Origin: an uncultured Desulfatibacillum sp.
GTDB taxonomy: Bacteria > Desulfobacterota > Desulfobacteria > Desulfobacterales > SpSt-501
Direction: 5' to 3'
Length of the DNA stretch: 64,000 nucleotides
NCBI GenBank assembly: GCA_964427375.1
Contig: CAYRUF010000018.1
Span: forward strand, 4,691 to 68,690
Positions 41,707-48,722 of this stretch are shown in pieces; the stretch's first letter is position 1, and each line of letters begins with the position of its first letter. The notes under the pieces are model-generated. The model did not search any database and was not told where the DNA came from. It was given only the letters and a program-made list of their open reading frames with translations. The translations under genes were made by a program, and so were the position numbers.

Positions 41707-42465
41707 CTATCCCTCCAGGAAGTACTTCATGTAGATTTCTTCGAGGGTGAACTCCTCCCGATCCACGCCGAATTTTTCACGGGCGAGCTGGTCGATCGGG
41801 CCGTTGGCGACCATGCGGCCCTTGATCATGATTCCCACGCGGTTGCAGATCTTCTGCACCTGGTGCAGCTGGTGGCTGCAGAGCAGAATGGTCATGCGCT
41901 GTTCGCGGGCCAGGCGCTGGATCAGTCCGCTGATCCGCTGGGTGGCGTCCGGATCCAGCCCCAGGGTGGGCTCGTCCAGAAAGGCCACCCGCGTGTCCCG
42001 GATGAGCAGTTCGGCGATTCCCAAGCGCTGGCGCATCCCGCGGGAAAAAGCGGCGATCTTTTTGGGAGGGCCATCGTCCTCCGCCAGGCCCACTTCCGCC
42101 AGGGCGCGGTCGATGCGGCGCTCGGCCTCGCGGCGGCCGATACCGTTCAGATCCGCCACGAACCGCAGCATCTGCCGCGCGGTCAGGTCGGAGTAAAACC
42201 CCATGTTCTCCTGCAGGTAGCCGACCCGCGCCTTGACCTTGATCGGCTCGCGGGCCGGGTCGATTCCCAAGATTCGCGCTTGTCCGCTGGTGGGCTGGGT
42301 CAGACCGAGCAGCATGAGCAGCGTGGTGGTCTTGCCGGCGCCGTTGGGCCCCAAAAAGCCGAAGATCTCGCCTTCGTTCACCGCAAGGGTCAAATGATCC
42401 ACGGCCACCTGGTGCCGGTAGATTTTGGTCAGCTCGTCCGTGGCAACGACCGGTTGGGGTGTCAT
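41707..42465 (-). CDS. ABC transporter ATP-binding protein
   Basis: Walker A is GPNGAGKTT, the signature is FSRGMRQRL, and Walker B is VAFLDEPTLGLD. It is 252 aa. Confidence 0.92.
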   Translation of the reverse strand: MTPQPVVATDELTKIYRHQVAVDHLTLAVNEGEIFGFLGPNGAGKTTTLLMLLGLTQPTSGQARILGIDPAREPIKVKARVGYLQENMGFYSDLTARQMLRFVADLNGIGRREAERRIDRALAEVGLAEDDGPPKKIAAFSRGMRQRLGIAELLIRDTRVAFLDEPTLGLDPDATQRISGLIQRLAREQRMTILLCSHQLHQVQKICNRVGIMIKGRMVANGPIDQLAREKFGVDREEFTLEEIYMKYFLEG

Positions 42466-42468
42466 GGG

Positions 42469-43677
42469 TCAGCGCCTTCCCAGCATGCGGAACAACCCGA
42501 ACAGGCCGGCGATCACCGCCACGATGATGGCGATGCCGATCCAGCCCCAGGCGCCGCTCGCCTTGACGCTCGTTCGGAACTCGAGCGTCTTGGAGGCTTT
42601 CTCGCCTTCGACCTTGACGCCGACCGAATAATCCCCCACCAACGCTTCCTCGTAGGGTGTGATGATCATCTCCACCTGTTTGAGGCCGTTGGGCTCGATC
42701 TGGTCGATGCGCTCCGGCTTGAACTCGACTTTCCAGTTCTCGGGCTTGAAGGTCATGAACTTGACGTCGTGGTTGACGGCGCTGCCGGTGTTCTTGACGA
42801 AAAAGGACACGTTCGCCGGCATTCCCTGCCGGGCCTCCAGCGACAGCAGGCCGGACGACGTCCCGGCATCCAGGGCATAGGTCCCGGTCAATATGACCGT
42901 CAGGTTGGCCTCGGCCTTGGCGTCGCCCGAACCGACCCGCAGGCTGATGGGGTATTCGCCCGCCGGAGCGTTGAGCGGCGGCTTGACCTCGACGGCGATG
43001 GTCTGGCTCTGGTTGGCCTTGAGCCGGATGCTCGAGATGAATTTGGTTTCATAGGCCGGCTTGAAGTTGATGTCCCAGCCCTTGGGGCCCTGTCCGAACA
43101 GATCGAAGACCGCCTCCTTGTCCAGCCGGCTGTCCACTTCCACCGAGAACTCGAAGGCCGCATCCGACGGGCCGCGGATCACGGGGTAGGAGGTGGTGAG
43201 CCTCACGCCTTGGTCCTTTTCCAGAGCCTCTTGTTCGCGGACCAGGGTCACGTTGATCTTTTGGGCCATTTGGAACCGTCCATCGCGGGTCTGGGCCTCC
43301 ACGGCAAACGCGTAGTCTCCCGGCGGGAGCTCCTTGTCCGGCACGGCCTCGAAGGTCAGGCTTTTCTTCTCGTTCGCCGGCACATGGAGGCTCGTCACGG
43401 CATAACGGTAGGTCTTGATACGGGTTTTCCACCCCTCGGGGGATTGCGCCACCCGGACATCCAGGGTTTCATCGGTGCGGCCCTTGTTGATGAAGGTGAG
43501 GTCCATGCTGACCTCTTTGCCCTGGGCGCTGATGATGCCCGGGTATTCCGGGGCCATGAGGATAAGCCGTTCGGGCTTGGGCGTGGTGTCCGCTTTTTCG
43601 ACGGCCGGTGCCGGGGAAGCGAACAGTACGAAAATGCCGAATGCGATGAAGCCAACGGTGGGGTGGATCCGGTGCAT
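42469..43677 (-). CDS. Exported, C-terminally membrane-anchored protein with three tandem beta-sandwich (NEW3/CARDB-like) modules
   Basis: The start is at ATG 43677 after AAGGAGG, with signal peptide MHRIHPTVGFIAFGIFVLFASPAPA. Three ~100-aa modules each end in P.GW...(F/I)KP....L.....Q/K......P...P(A/V)G(D/E)Y. A C-terminal TM (WGWIGIAIIVAVIAGLFGLF) follows. The ORF track extension to 44313 is Arg/Ser/Pro-rich and was rejected. Confidence 0.7.
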   Translation of the reverse strand: MHRIHPTVGFIAFGIFVLFASPAPAVEKADTTPKPERLILMAPEYPGIISAQGKEVSMDLTFINKGRTDETLDVRVAQSPEGWKTRIKTYRYAVTSLHVPANEKKSLTFEAVPDKELPPGDYAFAVEAQTRDGRFQMAQKINVTLVREQEALEKDQGVRLTTSYPVIRGPSDAAFEFSVEVDSRLDKEAVFDLFGQGPKGWDINFKPAYETKFISSIRLKANQSQTIAVEVKPPLNAPAGEYPISLRVGSGDAKAEANLTVILTGTYALDAGTSSGLLSLEARQGMPANVSFFVKNTGSAVNHDVKFMTFKPENWKVEFKPERIDQIEPNGLKQVEMIITPYEEALVGDYSVGVKVEGEKASKTLEFRTSVKASGAWGWIGIAIIVAVIAGLFGLFRMLGRR

Positions 43678-44029
43678 CGTGCCTTGACCTCCTTGATCTT
43701 CCGGCCGACGGGTTTGCCGGGAGCGTGCATTCCTCTGATTGCGGTTGTGCGACGGAACGGTTGGACGGCGTTGACCGTCTCGGCGCGATCCGGCCTGACG
43801 AGAATCGAAGCAGCGGTGGCCGAGCGGCGATGAAATTTTAATCACCGGGCCTCGGCTGTCAAGGCGCTGCGAGCGTTTGGATGCAGATGGGGCCGCACGG
43901 ATCGGTTGCAGGAAGGGGAGAGAACTGGTATCCGGTTTCACCAGGACGGTCGTCGGCCTTCTGACGGCGGTCGAGTCTGAGATTGCGTTGGCCGCGCTGG
44001 TCAAAACGGGGCCATCGCCCGCGGCGCTC

Positions 44030-44890
44030 ATGCTTTCACCCGACCTTGAAACGTTGATCTCCGATCCGGTTCGGCTCACGGCGCGCGTCACGGATGCGCT
44101 GGATCGGCATGCATCCGGAACGCCGCTGTACGATGCGGCCGCCGGGGACCTGGCGGCGACCTCCGCCGTCTTGTTGCTGCTGGGCCGCGGCGGGGAGGAT
44201 GTCGAGCGGCCTGGCGACATCTGCCTGATCCTGAACCAGCGCTCTGCGCGGGTGCGCCAGGCGGGAGACCTCTGCTGTCCGGGCGGCAGCGTGTCCCCGC
44301 GGTTCGATTTCATGGCCGCCCGGCTGCTGGGGCTGCCGTTCGGCCCCTTGGGCCGTTGGCCGCGCTGGAAAAACTGGCGCCGCGAGCGACTGCCGGAGTC
44401 GCGCTGGCTCGCACTCTACCTGGCGACCGCCCTCCGGGAGGCCTTTGAGGAGATGCGGCTCAACCCCCTGCGGGTGCGGTTTCTGGGGCCGCTGCCGGCG
44501 CATCGCCTGGTGCTGTTCCGGCGGTTGATCTTTCCGCTGGTGGTCTGGATCCCGGACCCGCAGCACTATCGACCCAACTGGGAAGTGGCCCGCATTGTCA
44601 GGATTCCGCTGCGCCAGCTGCTGGACCCGCAGCATTACATCTGCTACCGGTTGACCATGGCGCTGCCACCGCCGGCGACGGACCCGGTCCGCGAGGTGCC
44701 GGCGTTTCGATTCCGATCGCCGTCCGGCCATGACATCCTGTGGGGGGCGACGTTCCGGATCACCATGGCCTTCCTGCAGCGGGTATTCGGTTTTGCGCCG
44801 CCGGAACTGGAGAGCCTGCCGCGGCAGGACGGGCGCCTGGGAGAAAGTTACCTGACGGGCGGGCGCGCGGTGTCGCTCCGGGCCGACTGA
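44030..44890 (+). CDS. Nudix hydrolase, CoA pyrophosphatase-like, with insertion in the Nudix box
   Basis: LILNQRSARVRQAGDLCCPGG matches the CoA-pyrophosphatase upstream motif (LLTxRS...G...FPGG). The Nudix helix is ALREAFEEMRL. The start is uncertain: ATG 44030 is preferred and TTG 43877 is possible. Confidence 0.6.
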   Translation: MLSPDLETLISDPVRLTARVTDALDRHASGTPLYDAAAGDLAATSAVLLLLGRGGEDVERPGDICLILNQRSARVRQAGDLCCPGGSVSPRFDFMAARLLGLPFGPLGRWPRWKNWRRERLPESRWLALYLATALREAFEEMRLNPLRVRFLGPLPAHRLVLFRRLIFPLVVWIPDPQHYRPNWEVARIVRIPLRQLLDPQHYICYRLTMALPPPATDPVREVPAFRFRSPSGHDILWGATFRITMAFLQRVFGFAPPELESLPRQDGRLGESYLTGGRAVSLRAD

Positions 44891-44920
44891 TGTCTTCCTC
44901 GGCAGCCCCTCCAGGACCGG

Positions 44921-44950
44921 TTGACGGCCGGCCGCAGCTGTGTCTATATG
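44921..44950 (+). promoter_or_regulatory. Sigma-70-type promoter candidate upstream of the SET-domain gene
   Basis: TTGACG at 44921-44926, an 18-nt spacer, then TATATG at 44945-44950. Confidence 0.3.
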
Positions 44951-45023
44951 ACCAAGCTCATCTCATGGCCGGTGATCGGCCGCGGGTGCCGCCGTCGGCC
45001 GATGGGCCGGTGGAGGAGATCGA

Positions 45024-45452
45024 ATGATGCCGAACCAGAAACCGTGCGCCCTGGTGGTCAAGGAGTCCGCCATTCACGGCAAGGGATGCTACGCGGGGGA
45101 ATTCATTCCGGCCGGCGCTTTTATCATCGAATATGTCGGCGATCTCGTTCCGGCCGAGGAGGCCTACCGGCTGGAACAGGATCCGAGCCGAAGCGGCATC
45201 TACACGTTCTGGACCGGCGACGAGTGGGCGATCGACGGTTATCGGGAAGACAACATCGCCCGTTTCATCAACCACTCGTGCGCGCCGAACTGCGATTACC
45301 GAATCGAGGGCCAGCGCGTGCTGATCTTTGCCGGCCGCGACATCGCCGCGGGCGAAGAGCTCAGCATCGACTACAGCTACGGCGCGGACGGCGAGATCGT
45401 TCCCTGCGGGTGCGGCGCGCCGGGATGCCGGGGTCGGATCAACGCTACCTAA
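45024..45452 (+). CDS. SET-domain protein (putative protein-lysine N-methyltransferase)
   Basis: GKGCYAGEFIPAGAFIIEYVG, RFINHSCAPNC, the GEELSIDY motif and a post-SET-like CGCGAPGCRG are present. It is 142 aa with a GGAGGAG RBS. Confidence 0.85.
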   Translation: MMPNQKPCALVVKESAIHGKGCYAGEFIPAGAFIIEYVGDLVPAEEAYRLEQDPSRSGIYTFWTGDEWAIDGYREDNIARFINHSCAPNCDYRIEGQRVLIFAGRDIAAGEELSIDYSYGADGEIVPCGCGAPGCRGRINAT

Positions 45453-45566
45453 TTGGGGTCATCGCATGAGCGGGACCGCTTTCATCGGCGGCGTTTTTCA
45501 GTGAGACCCGCATGGGGACCCCCCCCATCCGGCCGCTATGGATCCATCCCCGTTGAAGGAGGCTGC

Positions 45567-46031
45567 ATGGAACGCAAAATTCGTCGAACCGACCGAGCCA
45601 TTTCGGAAAGCGAGGCCCGGCGCATACTGGAAAAGGGGGAATTCGGCGTCCTTTCGACGGTCTCGCCGGATGGGCAACCCTATGGGGTGCCGATCAACTA
45701 TGCCTGCCATGGCGACGTCGTTTATTTCCATTGCGCCCGGGAAGGGCACAAACTGGAGAACCTGACCGCGAACAACCGGGTCTCCTTCTGCGTGGTCGGG
45801 CAGACCGAGGTATTGCCTGATCAGTTTGCAACCAAATATGAGAGTGTCATTGCGTTTGGGAAGGCGTCTGAGCTGGCCGATGATGAAAAACACACGGGGC
45901 TGATGGAACTCGTAAAAAAATACTCTCCCGGTTTTATCCAGGAAGGCCGGACGTACATCAACAAAGCCGCTCACAAGACCAGGGTTTACAAAATCGTGAT
46001 CGAATCGATTACGGGAAAATCAAGGAAGTGA
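45567..46031 (+). CDS. Pyridoxamine 5-prime-phosphate oxidase family (FMN-binding split-barrel, NimA-like) protein
   Basis: MERKIRRTDRAISESEARRILEKGEFGVLSTVSPDGQPYGVPINYA...VYFHCAREGHKLENL. The start is at ATG 45567 after GAAGGAGG. Confidence 0.85.
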   Translation: MERKIRRTDRAISESEARRILEKGEFGVLSTVSPDGQPYGVPINYACHGDVVYFHCAREGHKLENLTANNRVSFCVVGQTEVLPDQFATKYESVIAFGKASELADDEKHTGLMELVKKYSPGFIQEGRTYINKAAHKTRVYKIVIESITGKSRK

Positions 46032-46041
46032 TCGCGGGTCG

Positions 46042-46096
46042 CCACCCACCAAAGGGGCCGGAGAAGGCGTTCATCTCCGGCCCCTTTGGTGGGTGG
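46042..46096. terminator. 23-bp perfect hairpin between the PNPOx-family gene and tRNA-Val (bidirectional terminator candidate)
   Basis: CCACCCACCAAAGGGGCCGGAGA (46042-46064) pairs with TCTCCGGCCCCTTTGGTGGGTGG (46074-46096) around a 9-nt loop. There is no U-run on either side. Confidence 0.55.
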
Positions 46097-46097
46097 T

Positions 46098-46172
46098 TGG
46101 TAGGCGCTGCTGGATTTGAACCAGCGACTTCTACCGTGTGAGGGTAGCGCTCTCCCGCTGAGCTAAGCGCCC
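46098..46172 (-). tRNA. tRNA-Val (anticodon CAC), CCA encoded
   Basis: A hand-folded cloverleaf on the minus strand has the acceptor stem GGGCGCT/AGCGCCT (G1-U72 wobble), D-arm GCTCAGCGGGAGAGC, anticodon loop CTCACAC, T-loop TTCAAAT and ACCA at the end. Confidence 0.85.
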
Positions 46173-46195
46173 GGAATCGGCTGTTGGATGTCTTC

Positions 46196-46942
46196 TTACG
46201 CGGTTCCCTCTTCGAAATCAAGGTTTTTTTCGGGTGGTTCGCCTCCCGAGGCGGGCGGCGCCGGCGTGGCGGTTTCCGCGATGGCATCGGCGGCGGAGGG
46301 CGCTGCATCCGCGGCCGTCGGCGCTTCGTCCGTAGGCTCATCCGATGCCGCGGCGCCGGCTTCCGGCGCGGCCGGTTCCTCGTCCGGCTCGATCGCGATG
46401 TTGCCGCGCATCTCCAGGGGCGCCTTGCCGAATTCCTCGATCTCCTTCGGCGTGGGCAAATCCTTCAGGTCCTTCAGATCGAAGGTTTCCAGAAATTTCC
46501 GGGTGGTGGCGTAGATCAGCGGCCGTCCGGCGATCTCCTTGCGCCCCAGCACGCGCACCAGCTTGCGCTCCAAGAGCTGCCGCAGCACCCCGCCGCAGTC
46601 CACCCCGCGGATATGCTCCACATCGGAGCGGATGATCGGCTGTTTGTAGGCGATGATGGCGAGGGTCTCCAGCGCCGCGCGGCTCAGGCGCACCGGCTTG
46701 GGATCGACCAGCCGCCGGATCCAGGCGGTGTACTCCGGGCGGGTGCGGAACTGGTAGCCGCCGGCCACCTCCGCCAAATAGAAGCCGCCCTGGCGGGCGT
46801 CGTAGTCGGCCTTCAGCGCCGCTAAGGCTTCGGCGATCGCTCCGGCCTCGGCCGGCTCCAGGATCTTCTTGAACCGCTCCGTGCTGAGCGGCTCCTCCGC
46901 CACGAACAGCAGACTTTCAACGATGTGTTTGAGGTCCTGCAT
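46196..46942 (-). CDS. scpB: Segregation and condensation protein B (ScpB) with acidic Ala/Pro-rich C-terminal tail
   Basis: IVESLLFVAEEPLS, LAEVAGGYQFRTRPEY, LSRAALETLAIIAYKQPI and GRKEIAGRPLIYATT are present. The start overlaps the scpA stop by 1 nt. Confidence 0.9.
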   Translation of the reverse strand: MQDLKHIVESLLFVAEEPLSTERFKKILEPAEAGAIAEALAALKADYDARQGGFYLAEVAGGYQFRTRPEYTAWIRRLVDPKPVRLSRAALETLAIIAYKQPIIRSDVEHIRGVDCGGVLRQLLERKLVRVLGRKEIAGRPLIYATTRKFLETFDLKDLKDLPTPKEIEEFGKAPLEMRGNIAIEPDEEPAAPEAGAAASDEPTDEAPTAADAAPSAADAIAETATPAPPASGGEPPEKNLDFEEGTA

Positions 46943-47682
46943 TATTGGTAGAATATCCTGATGATGCCCGAGTTCACATGCTGGACCAGGCGAATGAGGG
47001 CGAGTTTGACCATTTCCAAAATCGCCAGAAAGGTGACGACGATCTCGCCCCGGGTCGGCTGCTCCGGAAACATTTCAAAAAACGTCAGCGATCCGCGCGC
47101 TTCCAGCATGTCGGCAATCTGTGAAATTCGTTCCTTGACCGAGATCGTGTCGGCGGTGAACTCGATGCGCGCTTCGTCCGGCAGCCCGGAGAGGATCCGC
47201 TGGAAGGCGTCGATCAATTCGAACAGCCCGATCTTGATCACCTCGTCATCCGTCGGGGCTGCAGCCAGGGCGGCGACGCTCGCCGGCCGGGTGAACGTGT
47301 CCTCCCCCAGCAAGGGCCGTTCGGCCAGCTGCTCGGCGGCGGACTTGAGCTGCAGGTATTCGATCAGGGGCCGGACGATCGCCTGCCGCGGATCCTCCTC
47401 CTCCCCCTCCTCCTCGGCATGCAGCGGCAGAAGCATGCGGGACTTGATCTGAGCCAATGTGGAGGCCATCACGACGAATTCCGCGGCATATTCGACGCTC
47501 ATGGCCTTGAGCCATTCCAGGTACTGAAGGTACTGCTCGGTGATGAGTGCGATCGGGATGTCGTAAATGTTGATTTCGTTTTTCTTGATCAGATGGACCA
47601 ATAGATCCATCGGGCCCTCGAAGATGTCCGAGAGCTTCACCCGATACGGTTCGTCCGCCGCTGCCGCCTGCTGTTCGGTCAC
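46942..47682 (-). CDS. scpA: Segregation and condensation protein A (ScpA)
   Basis: FEGPMDLLVHLIKKNEINIYDIPIALITEQYLQYL and VVTFLAILEMVK are present. It is 246 aa. Confidence 0.9.
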   Translation of the reverse strand: MTEQQAAAADEPYRVKLSDIFEGPMDLLVHLIKKNEINIYDIPIALITEQYLQYLEWLKAMSVEYAAEFVVMASTLAQIKSRMLLPLHAEEEGEEEDPRQAIVRPLIEYLQLKSAAEQLAERPLLGEDTFTRPASVAALAAAPTDDEVIKIGLFELIDAFQRILSGLPDEARIEFTADTISVKERISQIADMLEARGSLTFFEMFPEQPTRGEIVVTFLAILEMVKLALIRLVQHVNSGIIRIFYQ

Positions 47683-47695
47683 CGGGATCCCGTCC

Positions 47696-48676
47696 TTAAA
47701 GCTGGATGGCCGTGCGCACGTCGTCCATGGTCCGCCGGGCCGCCTGACGGGCCCGTTCGTTGCCGGCCGTGATGATCTCCTCCACGAGCTGCGGCCGCTC
47801 CTGGTAGTAGCGCCGGCGCTCGCGGATGGGATCCAGGAACGCGTTCAGATACCGGGCCATGAGCTGCTTGCACTGCACGCAGCCGATGTCGGCGCTGCGG
47901 CAACGCCGGTTGACATCCTGCACCACCTCCGGCGGGGAGTAGAGCTTGTGAAAATCGTACACGTTGCAGACCTCGGGGTCTCCGGGGTCGCTCTTGCGCA
48001 TGCGCTGGGGGTCGGTGATCATGCCGGCCACCTTGCCCGCCACCGTCTCGGGCGAGTCCGACAGAAAGATGGCGTTGCCGTAACTCTTGCTCATCTTGCG
48101 GCGGTCGGTGCCCAGCAGCTTCGGGGTTTCGGTCAGAATGACCTCGGGCTCCGGGAAGACCGGGCCGTAGAGATAATTGAAGCGCCGGGCGATCTCGCGC
48201 GTGATTTCCACGTGCGGAGCCTGATCCACGCCGACCGGCACGCCGTAGGGCTTGTACATGATGATGTCGGCGGCCTGCAGCACGGGATACCCCAAAAACC
48301 CGAACGTGGAGAGGTCCTTGCTGGCGAGCTGCTCGATCTGATCCTTGTAGGTCGGGTTGCGCTCCAGCCAGGGCACCGGCGTGATCATCGACAGGATCAG
48401 GAACAGCTCGGCGTGCTCCTTGATCCGGGACTGGACGAAGAGCGTGCTCTTCTCCGGCGTGAGGCCGGCGCTCAGCCAGTCGAGCAGAATATCGTCGGTG
48501 AAGCCCCGAATGCCGCCGGGGCTCTCGTAGTCGCTGGTCAAGGCGTGCCAGTCCGCGACGAAAAAGAAGCACTCGTATTCATCCTGCAGGCGCACCCAGT
48601 TGGCGAGCGCGCCGTGGTAGTTTCCCAAATGCAGCGGCCCGGTGGGCCGCATGCCGCTCAACAGCCGTTTTTTCAT
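47696..48676 (-). CDS. trpS: Tryptophan--tRNA ligase
   Basis: LSGMRPTGPLHLGNYHG carries the HIGH-type motif and KMSKSYGN carries KMSKS. The start is at ATG 48676; the ORF track extends to 48754. Confidence 0.93.
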   Translation of the reverse strand: MKKRLLSGMRPTGPLHLGNYHGALANWVRLQDEYECFFFVADWHALTSDYESPGGIRGFTDDILLDWLSAGLTPEKSTLFVQSRIKEHAELFLILSMITPVPWLERNPTYKDQIEQLASKDLSTFGFLGYPVLQAADIIMYKPYGVPVGVDQAPHVEITREIARRFNYLYGPVFPEPEVILTETPKLLGTDRRKMSKSYGNAIFLSDSPETVAGKVAGMITDPQRMRKSDPGDPEVCNVYDFHKLYSPPEVVQDVNRRCRSADIGCVQCKQLMARYLNAFLDPIRERRRYYQERPQLVEEIITAGNERARQAARRTMDDVRTAIQL

Positions 48677-48722
48677 GAGAACGCATGCACTCCTGTCGTA
48701 TGATTCGATTCTGCGGACGGCC

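Noticed and set aside
43678-44313. The N-terminal 212 codons of the minus-strand ORF 42469..44313.
   Set aside because: The extension is rich in Ser/Arg/Pro/Ala. A strong AAGGAGG RBS and a textbook signal peptide occur at the internal ATG 43677. The extension also overlaps the Nudix gene on the other strand.
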